Under the pieces are notes generated by a model, which was not told the DNA's origin, did not search any database, and worked only from the letters and a program-made list of their open reading frames with translations. A program made the translations under genes and the position numbers. From Phycisphaerales bacterium (GTDB lineage: Bacteria; Planctomycetota; Phycisphaerae; Phycisphaerales; UBA1924): DNA of 64,000 nt. The stretch's first letter is position 1; every line of letters starts with the position of its first letter. This document shows, one piece after another, positions 37,165 through 46,491 of this stretch. The stretch spans positions 512,001 to 576,000 of the forward strand of contig OZ245777.1 in the NCBI GenBank assembly GCA_965227775.1, written 5' to 3'.

Positions 37165-39519
37165 TCAATCGACCGTTGCCGGCCGGCGTCCGCCGCGCCG
37201 CTTCGAGCGTCGGCCGTCTCGCCCGCCATCACGGTCACGGTCACGCCCGCCATCGCGATCACGGTCGCCATCCCGATCGCGGTCTCGGCCGCGACCGCGG
37301 CCACGCGAGCCGCGATCGCCGCGCGAGCCACGCTCTGCTCGGTCACCGTCATCATCGCCGCCGCGCTCCTCGGGCGGGAGCGCCTGCTTGCGGCTGAGCT
37401 TGATGCGACCCTGATCGTCGACCAAGATGACCTTGACCGTCACCTCGTCGCCGACGTTGACGACATCGGTCACCTTCTCGACGTAGCCGTCCTTGAGCTC
37501 GCTGATGTGGCACATGCCATCGGTGCCCGCGGCGATCTCGATGAACGCGCCAAAGTCGCGAACGCTTACGACCTTGCCCGTGTAGATCGAGCCGACCTTG
37601 ATCTCTTCGCCGAGCGCTTCGATCTCCTGCTTGGCGCCGGCGAGGCTGTCACCGTCAGTCGAAGCAACCGACACGGTGCCATCCTCTTCGACATCGACCT
37701 GCACGCCCCACCGCTCCTGGATGGCGCGAATGGTCTTGCCACCGGGGCCGATGAGCTTGCCGATCTTCTCGGGATTGATCTTGATCGTCTCGATGCGCGG
37801 TGCGAAGCGCGAGATGTCCGAACGCGGCGCCTCGATCACCTGCTCCATGATGTCGATGATCTCCAGACGTCCTTCGCGGGCCTGGTCGAAGATCAGCTCG
37901 ATCTGGTCCATCTCTAGGCCGCGGGCCTTGAGGTCGAGCTGAATGCCGGTGATGCCGTCGCGCGTGCCGGCGATCTTGAAGTCCATATCGCCGAAGAAGT
38001 CTTCCTCACCGATGATGTCGGTGATGTAGACCTCGTTCTCGCCGTTCTCGTCGGTCATGCGACCGACCGAGATGCCCGCGCACGTCGCGCGGATCGGCAC
38101 GCCCGCGTCCATGAGCGCCAGGCAACCACCGCAGATCGATGCCATCGACGAAGAGCCGTTGCTCTCGGTGATGTCGCTGACAAGGCGGACGGTGTAGGGG
38201 AACTCGTCGGGCCCGGGCAGGATGCCGAGAAGGCTGCGCTCGGCGAGCGCGCCGTGGCCGATCTCGCGGCGGCCGGGGCCCATGATCCGGCCGGCCTCGC
38301 CCACGCAGAAAGGCGGGAAGTTGTAGTGCAGCGTGAACTTCTTGCTGTACTCGGGCATGAGGCCGTCGACGATCTGAGCGTCCTTGCCCGTGCCCAGCGT
38401 GCAGCTCACGATGCTCTGCGTCTCGCCGCGCTGGAACAGCGCCGAGCCGTGCGTGCGCTCGAAGTAGCCGACCTGGCCGTAGATCGGGCGCAGCTCGGCG
38501 GGCTTGCGGCCATCGGCACGCACGCCCTTCTCGACGAGCAGTTGGCGCGACACCTTCTTCTCGAGCGTGCGGAAGGCTTCCTTCGCCATCGCGCGGCGCT
38601 TGGTGCTCTCCAGGTGCTCGCCCGGGGTGCCATCTTCGATGATCTGGAAGTGGGCGTCGAGGACCTCGTCGCGGATCTCGCCAACGGCCTGGCCGCGCTC
38701 GTGCTTGCCGGGGATCTGACGGGCCTTCATCAGCTTGGCCTTGGCAGCCTTGGCAACCGTGTCCACCACATCTTGGGCGGGTAGGTTAAGGTTGTCGCCG
38801 ATGCGACTCTCCTGGCCCGCCTCGGCGGCGAGGTCTTCGATGAGTTCGAGGATCTCGCCGATCACGTCCTGACCGAACTCGATGGCGTCGAGCACATCGT
38901 CGTCGGGCACCTCGGCCGCGCCGACCTCGATCATGTTGATGCCGTCGACGTGGCCGCTGAGGACCATGTCCAAGTCGCTGTAGTCCATCTGGCTGGCCGT
39001 CGGGTTCGCGACGAGCACGGGGCCGTCATCGGTGTGCACGCGGCCGACGCGCACGGTGGCGATGGGTCCCTCGAACGGCGCATCGCTCAGCGTCAGGGCG
39101 GCCGACGCGGCCACCGAGGCCAGCACGTCGGTGTCGTTCTCGCCGTCATGGCTCATGACCCAGCACTGGATCTGCACCTCGTCGATGAAACCGTCGGGGA
39201 AGAGCGGGCGGATGGGCCGGTCGATCATCCGCATGGTGAGGATTTCTTTCTCGTTTGGAGCGCCCTCACGCTTGCGGAACCCGCCGGGGAACTTACCCGC
39301 GGCCGGCAGCTTCTCGCGGTAATCGACCTGCATCGGGAAGAAGTCGAGCCCGGGCCTTGGATTGGCCCGCACAACCGTCGCGAGCACGGCGCTGCCGCCG
39401 TACCGCAGGATGACCGCCGACGAGGCAAGGCGTGCGACGACGCCGGTCTCGATCGACATGGTGCGGCCGGCGATCTCGCGCTCGACCTTGATTTGCTCGG
39501 AAATCAGAACGTCTGCCAT
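37165..39519 (-). CDS. pnp: Polyribonucleotide nucleotidyltransferase
   Basis: FFPMQVDYREK, RREIGHG, SNGSSSMAS, GDMDFK, KH and S1 domains. Confidence 0.98.
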   Translation of the reverse strand: MADVLISEQIKVEREIAGRTMSIETGVVARLASSAVILRYGGSAVLATVVRANPRPGLDFFPMQVDYREKLPAAGKFPGGFRKREGAPNEKEILTMRMIDRPIRPLFPDGFIDEVQIQCWVMSHDGENDTDVLASVAASAALTLSDAPFEGPIATVRVGRVHTDDGPVLVANPTASQMDYSDLDMVLSGHVDGINMIEVGAAEVPDDDVLDAIEFGQDVIGEILELIEDLAAEAGQESRIGDNLNLPAQDVVDTVAKAAKAKLMKARQIPGKHERGQAVGEIRDEVLDAHFQIIEDGTPGEHLESTKRRAMAKEAFRTLEKKVSRQLLVEKGVRADGRKPAELRPIYGQVGYFERTHGSALFQRGETQSIVSCTLGTGKDAQIVDGLMPEYSKKFTLHYNFPPFCVGEAGRIMGPGRREIGHGALAERSLLGILPGPDEFPYTVRLVSDITESNGSSSMASICGGCLALMDAGVPIRATCAGISVGRMTDENGENEVYITDIIGEEDFFGDMDFKIAGTRDGITGIQLDLKARGLEMDQIELIFDQAREGRLEIIDIMEQVIEAPRSDISRFAPRIETIKINPEKIGKLIGPGGKTIRAIQERWGVQVDVEEDGTVSVASTDGDSLAGAKQEIEALGEEIKVGSIYTGKVVSVRDFGAFIEIAAGTDGMCHISELKDGYVEKVTDVVNVGDEVTVKVILVDDQGRIKLSRKQALPPEERGGDDDGDRAERGSRGDRGSRGRGRGRDRDRDGDRDRDGGRDRDRDGGRDGRRSKRRGGRRPATVD

Positions 39520-39845
39520 ATGTATAAACCTCTATCACCAGGAGCCGTGCGAGCGTTGGTCGCGGGCTCGTCAATCAGCGAACACCGGCATCAGCAACGT
39601 GACGCCGGCCGCGAGGGAGAGAGGGACGAGGAGGTGGAAGGGGCAGAGGACGTAAGGCAGTGTGGCTGCGGGATCGAGCTCGCTCACTGCGTCGCGCCGA
39701 CTGCTCCTTCGGCCTTCCGGAACCCTCGCATGAAGTTGGACCGTCCGGGCACGAATCGCCCGGATTGCGCGATCCGGATGTGGAACGGGCCGGCCTCTTT
39801 CCCCGGCGCCCATGCGCCGGGCCCGACCCGGAAATGCCTCGAACC

Positions 39846-39878
39846 AAAACAAAACAAAAAACCCCGTCGTGGGGCTTT
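39846..39878 (-). terminator. Rho-independent terminator of rpsO
   Basis: Minus strand CCCC-ACGAC-GGGG followed by TTTTTTGTTTTGTTTT. Confidence 0.7.
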
Positions 39879-39893
39879 GTACGCAAATACTCT

Positions 39894-40163
39894 TTACTTG
39901 CGCAGACCGAGCTTCTGGATGAGCGCCTTGTAGCTCTCGTTGTTGGTCCTGCTCAGGTAGCGGAGCAGGCGGTTGCGCTTGCCGACCATCAGGATCAGGC
40001 CGCGACGGCTGTGGAAGTCGTGGCGGTGCTCACGCAGGTGACCCGAGAGTTCCTTGATGCGGCTTGTGAGGACGGCAATCTGCACCTCCGGAGAGCCCGT
40101 ATCGCCCTCGTGACGCCTGTGCTCGCCGATGACCTCTTGCTTGACCGCAGGTTCGATTGCCAT
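39894..40163 (-). CDS. rpsO: 30S ribosomal protein S15
   Basis: [27 protein letters not shown]; upstream of pnp. Confidence 0.98.
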   Translation of the reverse strand: MAIEPAVKQEVIGEHRRHEGDTGSPEVQIAVLTSRIKELSGHLREHRHDFHSRRGLILMVGKRNRLLRYLSRTNNESYKALIQKLGLRK

Positions 40164-40280
40164 AAACGCTGGCCTCTCCGATGCTTCGTAGGAACTCGAT
40201 ATAACCACCACGCGGCGCCGGCCACCCCGGCATCCGCCACAGCCCCAATGGTAGCCCGCAGGCCTTTGCCGGGTCCAGCC

Positions 40281-40874
40281 CTAGCCGAACCACCGCAGCC
40301 GCCAGCTGCCATCCTCGTAGATCATGTCCATGAAGCTCCAGCGGAGCCCCTCGCGGGCTAGCCCGGTCACCTGGAGGCGGATCACGTTGTTCCCAAGCGA
40401 CTTCATGATGACCTGAGGCGAGTTCTCCGCCAGCGGCCCGATGCGGTTGAACAGCAGCAGCACGTCGTCCCGCCGCCTCAGGAGCGTGTAATAGGCCTGG
40501 TCTGGCGGCAGGTTCCTGGCCTCGTACTCGGCCCGCGTGGCCTCGCTGAGCAATTGTTCGGTGAACAACTCACGCTCCAGCGGCTCGTCATCGTGGATCA
40601 GCGCGTGCTGGAGGTGGGCCATGAGGTCCCGCCCGGTCCGGGCGCGGAGCACGATCTCGCCATCGGGCAGTTCCTGGCGAATAGGCGGCAGGCTGGCCGG
40701 GTCGACGCCGCGGCCGGGGGAGACCGCGTCGGACCGCTCCCGTGGGGCACCGCCCAAACGGCCGAACAGGTCGTTCTTGGGCCGCTCGTCGAGCACCACT
40801 TCCTGGCAGCCCGACTGCCAGCCAGCCAGCAGACCCAGAAGCGCGCAGATCATGGCCGCCCTACCGCTCGGCAT
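40281..40874 (-). CDS. Putative lipoprotein
   Basis: GGAG RBS at ATG 40874; hydrophobic signal ending QSGC. Confidence 0.65.
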   Translation of the reverse strand: MPSGRAAMICALLGLLAGWQSGCQEVVLDERPKNDLFGRLGGAPRERSDAVSPGRGVDPASLPPIRQELPDGEIVLRARTGRDLMAHLQHALIHDDEPLERELFTEQLLSEATRAEYEARNLPPDQAYYTLLRRRDDVLLLFNRIGPLAENSPQVIMKSLGNNVIRLQVTGLAREGLRWSFMDMIYEDGSWRLRWFG

Positions 40875-41541
40875 CGCTCCCGCCGGCCTTTGAAGCGCAG
40901 CCGCAGCCGGGCCCGCACCCGCCGGCGGGCATCGCCTGCGCCTCGGGCATGGGGCCTGCGAGCAGCTCGATCTTGGCATTGAGGAACCTCGCGTGGTGCT
41001 CCAGGTGCCAGGTGGCGAACGCCAGCATGTCGCGCACCGTCATGCTTCCCCGTTCGGGGTGCATGGCCGAGCGGTTCTGCACGTCCTCGTCCATGTCGAA
41101 GAGCCAGTCGAGCGCCCAGCGCCGCAGCGTGTGCACCACCGCGACCGAACCGGCCACGGGTGGCGCGGTGCTCACGCCGCTGCGGGTGCCACGGCCATAG
41201 AGCGGCCCGTCGAAGAACGCCTGCTCGTCGAACACGTTGAGCATGGGCGTCTGCTCAGCCACAGCCCGACGGATCCGGTGCAGGTACACGAGCTCGCAGT
41301 CCGCCAGATGCGTGACCAGGGCACGGATCGGCAACTGCCCAGCCCCCGAATCGGGCTTGAAGGGGGTGTCCAACTCGCCCTCAGGCAGGTGGAAGAGCCG
41401 AGGGTCGAACCACTCGACGCCGACGGCATACCGCCGGACGAGGTCGGGCCAGTCCATCGCCGTCAGCGCCTCGATCGGCGCGACATCGAGGCGGGTGCTG
41501 AGCGGGCCGCAGGCTTGGGTGTTGGTCGGGGCTTGCGTCAT
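40861..41541 (-). CDS. DinB/YfiT family protein
   Basis: THLADCE, HPERG.MT, WHLEHH His triad; start ATG 41541. Confidence 0.85.
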   Translation of the reverse strand: MTQAPTNTQACGPLSTRLDVAPIEALTAMDWPDLVRRYAVGVEWFDPRLFHLPEGELDTPFKPDSGAGQLPIRALVTHLADCELVYLHRIRRAVAEQTPMLNVFDEQAFFDGPLYGRGTRSGVSTAPPVAGSVAVVHTLRRWALDWLFDMDEDVQNRSAMHPERGSMTVRDMLAFATWHLEHHARFLNAKIELLAGPMPEAQAMPAGGCGPGCGCASKAGGSDAER

Positions 41542-41580
41542 GCCCGCATGGTACGGGCCCGCCGCCTCCCTAACCTCTGG

Positions 41581-42060
41581 ATGGTGACGAACCCTCCCCC
41601 GACGTCCAAACCGGCCGAGAGCCCGTGCAGCGAGGGCGACGACTGGGCCTGCAGCCTGCGCGTCATGACCATGCCGCGCGATACCAACCAGTACGGCACC
41701 GTCTTCGGCGGGGTCATCCTCAGCGCGATCGACCAGGCGGCCTTCGTCGAGGCCCGCCGCCATGGCGTGCACCGCTGGGTTACGGCCAGCGTCGATCGGG
41801 TCGAGTTCAGCCAGCCCGTGCACGTGGGAGACCTGGTCACCTGCCTCACGCGGACCACCCGCAAGGGCACCAGCAGCGTAACCGTGGAGGTGTGCGTGGA
41901 CGCCGAGCGGTACGAGGGCGGCGACACCGTCCGAGTAACGAAAGCCCAGCTCACGATGGTCGCCATCGGGCCCGATGGGCGTCCCGTCCCGATGAGCAAC
42001 CCCGCGACCGCCCACCTGCCGCTGGTCGCCGCCTCAACCGATCGGCCGCCCGAGCCGTAG
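41581..42060 (+). CDS. Acyl-CoA thioesterase (hotdog fold)
   Basis: MPRDTNQYGTVFGGVILSAID, VTASVD.VEF..PV.VGD. Confidence 0.92.
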   Translation: MVTNPPPTSKPAESPCSEGDDWACSLRVMTMPRDTNQYGTVFGGVILSAIDQAAFVEARRHGVHRWVTASVDRVEFSQPVHVGDLVTCLTRTTRKGTSSVTVEVCVDAERYEGGDTVRVTKAQLTMVAIGPDGRPVPMSNPATAHLPLVAASTDRPPEP

Positions 42061-42081
42061 AAGCTTGCAGGAGTGACGCCC

Positions 42082-42681
42082 ATGGGCGACCAACCCGAGC
42101 CACCCCGGCTGCTCGCGCTGCTGAGCGGCGGCGGCCGGACTCTCATAAACCTGCTCGACGAGATCGAGGCGGGACGGCTGCGCGCTCGCATCGCGGGGGT
42201 TGTCGCGTCCAGGCCGTGCCCGGGCGTCGAGCGCGCCGAGGGCCGCGGCGTCCCAGCTCGCGTTCTTCGCGGCGTCATCCCCGCCGCCGACCTCGAGGCG
42301 CTCGCTCGCGAGCACGACGCGTCGTGGGTCGTTCTCTGCGGCTATCTGCAACGCATCGAGATACCCGACTTTCTCGAAGGCCGCGTTGTGAACATCCACC
42401 CCGCCCTGCTGCCGAAGTTCGGCGGGCCGGGCATGTACGGCGACCACGTGCACCGGGCCGTGCTGGAAGCGGGCGACGACGAGAGCGGCTGCACCGTGCA
42501 CTTATGCGACGCCGAATACGACAGCGGTCCCATCGTGCTGCAGAAGCGGTGCCCGGTGCTGCCCGGCGACACGGTCGACACGCTCGCCGCCCGAGTATTC
42601 GAGGTCGAGTGCAAGGCATACCCCGAGGCGCTCGCGATGCTGCTGGCGCGAGACGAAGCCACGAAGGAAGCGACGCGATGA
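42082..42681 (+). CDS. purN: Phosphoribosylglycinamide formyltransferase
   Basis: LSGGGRTL, NIHPALLPKFGG, SGCTVH, YDSGPI. Confidence 0.95.
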   Translation: MGDQPEPPRLLALLSGGGRTLINLLDEIEAGRLRARIAGVVASRPCPGVERAEGRGVPARVLRGVIPAADLEALAREHDASWVVLCGYLQRIEIPDFLEGRVVNIHPALLPKFGGPGMYGDHVHRAVLEAGDDESGCTVHLCDAEYDSGPIVLQKRCPVLPGDTVDTLAARVFEVECKAYPEALAMLLARDEATKEATR

Positions 42682-44177
42682 AGAATCTGCTGCCGCTGTG
42701 CATCCTGTTGATCGCCTGCCTTGCCGCGATCGCGCAAGACACACCAGTCGTTCCGATGTCCGATGCGCAGCTCGAGACCGAGGCGTACGCCCTCGCGACC
42801 GAGGGTGACTATGCCGGCGCGCTGCCGTTGTTCCGTGAGATGGCGCGCCGCGATCCCGAGTCGTTCGTGCCGCCGTACAACATCGCGAGCTCGCTCGCCC
42901 AACTCGATCGCGTTGAGGAGTCGCTCGACGCCCTCGACCGAGCGCTCGAGCTGGGTTTCGATGACCTCGCCCATCTGCAACACGACCCCGATCTCGAGCC
43001 CATCCGCGACACGAAGCGCTTCGACGCGATCGTCGAGGCCTGGCCCGAGCGGATGGAAGCGCTCGCCCAGGCGCGTTTCGATGCGCTCGTCAAGCGCTTT
43101 GGTGGCAACTACGCGACCGAGGAAGACGCGTTCCTACGCCTGCGTTTCGCCGTAGGGCTGCCGCAGCAGAGCTTCGCGATGGCGCGAGACGAGCTCGACC
43201 TCGTGAGCCGCTGGGCCGTCGCGCACCTATTTGAGAACCTGACCGAGGCCGATGACGCCTCGGTGCCGTGGGTCAGCGTCGTGGTTCCGACCGACGGAGA
43301 CTTCGCGCGATGGGCCGCTCAGCGGCACGGCGCCGCGGCGCGCGGCGCGACGCGACAGATCGCCGGCACCTACGACCACGACCGAAAGGAACTCGTCTGT
43401 AAGGACCTGGGCGCCACGCTGCGGCACGAGGTGTTCCACGCGTTGCACTACCGCAGCCAGAGCCTGATCGGCCAGCGGCACGCGTCGTGGATTATGGAAG
43501 GCATGGCGTCGCTCGTCGAAGACGTCGACATGAACTCCGATGGCACGCCGGCGTTCGCGCCCTCCTGGCGGAGCAACCTCGTTCGCAAGGCCCACCGCGG
43601 CAATGGGCTGAAGACGCTCGAACAGCTCGCCCAGACTCCCGATCACCTTTTTGTCGGCACATCTCAGCTGCTGCACTACGGGCACGCGCGCACCGTCATG
43701 CTGTACCTCGTGGCCGATGGCAAGCTCGAGGCGTTCTACGACAACTACGTCGACACGTGGGATCGCGATCGCACGGGCATCCAGGCGCTCGAACGCACGT
43801 TCGATGCCGAGATCGATCAGATCGAGCTGAGCTTCCGTCGCTGGATCGAGCGCCTGCCCGTCGCGCCCGAGCAGCACCACCCACCAACGGCGACGCTTGG
43901 AATCGACGTCGACGGCGAGCGCGGCGAGGGGCTTGCCGTTCTGCGCATCGCTCGCAACTCCCCCGGTCGCAAGGCGGGCCTGCGACCCCGCGACGTGCTG
44001 GTGGCCGTCAACGGCCAGGGCACGCGAGACATCAACGAGCTGTATCGCGTGGTCGGGCGCTACCTGCCGGGCGACACCGTGATCCTGAGCGTGCGCCGTG
44101 GGCGACGCATGCTGGAGCTTCCCGCCCAGCTCGCCAGCCGCCGCGAGTTCGACACGGTGCGCATCCCGGGCGGCTGA
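42678..44177 (+). CDS. Secreted TPR + gluzincin-like metallopeptidase + PDZ protein
   Basis: Signal peptide; YNIASSLA...DPDLEPIR TPR; HEVFH...WIMEGMA; SPGRKAGLRPRDVLVAVNG PDZ. Confidence 0.85.
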   Translation: MKNLLPLCILLIACLAAIAQDTPVVPMSDAQLETEAYALATEGDYAGALPLFREMARRDPESFVPPYNIASSLAQLDRVEESLDALDRALELGFDDLAHLQHDPDLEPIRDTKRFDAIVEAWPERMEALAQARFDALVKRFGGNYATEEDAFLRLRFAVGLPQQSFAMARDELDLVSRWAVAHLFENLTEADDASVPWVSVVVPTDGDFARWAAQRHGAAARGATRQIAGTYDHDRKELVCKDLGATLRHEVFHALHYRSQSLIGQRHASWIMEGMASLVEDVDMNSDGTPAFAPSWRSNLVRKAHRGNGLKTLEQLAQTPDHLFVGTSQLLHYGHARTVMLYLVADGKLEAFYDNYVDTWDRDRTGIQALERTFDAEIDQIELSFRRWIERLPVAPEQHHPPTATLGIDVDGERGEGLAVLRIARNSPGRKAGLRPRDVLVAVNGQGTRDINELYRVVGRYLPGDTVILSVRRGRRMLELPAQLASRREFDTVRIPGG

Positions 44178-44669
44178 CTACTGCCTGGGATCGGCCGGAG
44201 CCGGCGTCGGCTCGGGCTCGGGTTGCGGCTCGCTGGCAGCCGGCTCTTCGGGCTGTTGTTGTGCGGGCGACTCTTGGGCGGGCGACTGGCCGCCTTCGCG
44301 CGTGGCCCTCTCTTCTGCGGTTTCGACCACGGCGTCCTCATCGTCGCCGCTGACCTTGAGGAATGGGATGGTGCTATCAATGCTGTTCAGCGTCTTGCGC
44401 AGCGAGGCAAGGTGCGCGTCGATGCTCGACAGCGAGGCGTTGGTCGTCTCGAGAGCCGTGAGCTTCATGTCGAGGTCGGCCAGCACCGTGTTGGTGCGTT
44501 CGAGCTTCTGGAGGCCGCTGTTGACGCTGTCGAGCTTGATCTTGACGTCTTCCATCGACGCGTTGACGAGCCTGAGCTCGTCTCGAATCTCGAACGCCAA
44601 GCAGCCCGGAAGGCTTGCCAGGATGGGCAGGCAGAACAGCACGGCAGCAGCGCGCGAGCGGATGGTCAT
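44178..44669 (-). CDS. Coiled-coil lipoprotein
   Basis: SLPGC lipobox; heptad repeats; Pro/Glu-rich tail. Confidence 0.75.
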   Translation of the reverse strand: MTIRSRAAAVLFCLPILASLPGCLAFEIRDELRLVNASMEDVKIKLDSVNSGLQKLERTNTVLADLDMKLTALETTNASLSSIDAHLASLRKTLNSIDSTIPFLKVSGDDEDAVVETAEERATREGGQSPAQESPAQQQPEEPAASEPQPEPEPTPAPADPRQ

Positions 44670-44713
44670 TGGGAGCGGTCCTCTCGTTCTCTCGTCGGAT
44701 TTATTTGGTTCGA

Positions 44714-44965
44714 TCAGTCTTCGTCGGCGTCGGGTGACTTCTCTGCGTCGAATTCTTCGAGCAGCATCCGGGCCTTGGCTTCGTCGGTAGCGGAAACCAG
44801 CAGCCGAACGTAACCCGGGCTCTCGGCCTTGAAGCCCGAACTGGCACCACCCACCATCTCGCAGCGGATGCCCGCCTCGCGCAGAGCGTTCATCGCGAAG
44901 CTGGCCTGGATCTCGGTTGGGTACTGGCCGATGATCACCGGCTCGGGATGGTTTGGATCGCTCAT
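44714..44965 (-). CDS. DUF2007-like putative signal transducing protein
   Basis: A...LREAGI...VRLLV...D...AR.LL pattern; ATG 44965 with GGAG. Confidence 0.75.
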   Translation of the reverse strand: MSDPNHPEPVIIGQYPTEIQASFAMNALREAGIRCEMVGGASSGFKAESPGYVRLLVSATDEAKARMLLEEFDAEKSPDADED

Positions 44966-44981
44966 CGGTGCTCCGGGTATC

Positions 44982-45641
44982 TCACTTGCGCATGAAGCCA
45001 AGGCCAAGCCCCGCGAGCGCGGCACCAGCCGACGGAACGTAGCCCGTCACGAACGCCTGGAAGCCGCCTAGCTGTGCCTTCAGCCACGCTTGGAGTGTGT
45101 CGTACTGGTCGGCCATGGCCGTCCACTTCACCTCTACCAGCCCGGCGTACTGCAGGCCAAAGAGCAGCAGGAAGAAGATGCCCGCCGACACGATCGTGAC
45201 CTTGGCGAACGCCTTGAGCGCGTACGCGATTGAGAAGCCCACAAAAAAGCCAAAGCCCATGCGGAAGATCGCCGGGCTCCATGGGTCAGTAACCTCGGCT
45301 TCCGCGGCCTCGACGGGTGCGCCCTCGGCGGGCTCCCCCTCGCCTTCGGTCGGCGTGCTGCCGGGCAATCCTGGCACCGGGAAGGGGAACGAGACGTCGC
45401 CGCCCTGGCCCACGAAGCCGCTGGCCATGTCGTCGGTGGCTGCTTCCTGATCTCCGACCGCGGCGGCCTGCTGCTGCTGGATGGTCTCGACCGCGGCCTC
45501 GTCCTCGAGCGTGCCCATCACGCCCAGCGCCACACCGGCGACCATCACGAGCCCGCTTAGCAGGAGCAGGATCATCTGCAAGGGGCCGGGACGCGTGTGG
45601 TGGGTCTGCTCGACGCCGTCTGTGGGGGTGTCTTCGCTCAC
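44982..45641 (-). CDS. FUN14 family membrane protein
   Basis: GFGFFVGFSIAYALK...LQYAGLVEVKW...PSAGAALAGLGLGF; start GTG 45641. Confidence 0.8.
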   Translation of the reverse strand: MSEDTPTDGVEQTHHTRPGPLQMILLLLSGLVMVAGVALGVMGTLEDEAAVETIQQQQAAAVGDQEAATDDMASGFVGQGGDVSFPFPVPGLPGSTPTEGEGEPAEGAPVEAAEAEVTDPWSPAIFRMGFGFFVGFSIAYALKAFAKVTIVSAGIFFLLLFGLQYAGLVEVKWTAMADQYDTLQAWLKAQLGGFQAFVTGYVPSAGAALAGLGLGFMRK

Positions 45642-45663
45642 GAGGAGAGGATACCCACCGGCC

Positions 45664-46488
45664 TCAGGCGCGAGCGACACGCCCTAACACGCTCAAGACC
45701 GCGTCCTTCAGGTAGGCGTTGGTGGCGATTGCGTCGCCTCCGTCGAGCCGGGGCACGCCCTCCCAATCGACCAGATGGCCGCCGAGTTCGCCCAGGATGC
45801 ACGCCATCGGCGCGATGTCCCAGGGCTTGATCGTCGGCTCGACCACCACATCGCAGCGACCAGTTGCGAGCAGCACGTGTGCGTAGCAATCGCTCCAGCC
45901 GCGCGTACGTTTGCAGGCCTTGGCCAACCTCGTGTACACGTCCTCGCCGGTCTGCGGATCGAAGTACTCGAGCGCCGTGGTCACGAGCAATGCGTCGGCG
46001 ATGTCGCCGGTCTCTGTGAGAGACGCGGGGCGCGCGTCCTGCGCAGCGCCGGGGATCCACCACGCGCCACCGTTGCGCGCGGCGTACACGGTCTCGGCGA
46101 GCGCAGGCATGTGCACGACACCGACGACCGGATCGTCGCCCTTGTACACGCCGACGAGTGTGCCATACAGCGGCACACCCTGCACGAAGCTGACCGTGCC
46201 GTCGATGGGGTCGAGGATCCAGCGATAGCCCGACTCGCCACTCGCCTCGCCGTACTCCTCACCGAGAATCGCGTCGTCGGGGAACGACTCGCCGATGGCC
46301 TCGCGCAGCACGCGCTCGGCGCCCTTGTCGGCCTCGGTCACCGGGCTGCCATCGCCCTTCGTGACCGTGCCCAGTTGATCGCCCTGGAAGAACTGGAGCG
46401 TGACCCCCCCCGCCGCGCGCGCAGCCTCGAGCGCAAGCTCGAGGCGCTGCATCACTTCCCGATCAACCCTGTCAAGCGGTTCCGACAC
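45664..46488 (-). CDS. hisN: Inositol monophosphatase family, histidinol-phosphatase-like
   Basis: KGDGSPVTEAD, ILGEEYG, WILDPIDGT, KPWDIA. Confidence 0.8.
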   Translation of the reverse strand: MSEPLDRVDREVMQRLELALEAARAAGGVTLQFFQGDQLGTVTKGDGSPVTEADKGAERVLREAIGESFPDDAILGEEYGEASGESGYRWILDPIDGTVSFVQGVPLYGTLVGVYKGDDPVVGVVHMPALAETVYAARNGGAWWIPGAAQDARPASLTETGDIADALLVTTALEYFDPQTGEDVYTRLAKACKRTRGWSDCYAHVLLATGRCDVVVEPTIKPWDIAPMACILGELGGHLVDWEGVPRLDGGDAIATNAYLKDAVLSVLGRVARA

Positions 46489-46491
46489 GAC

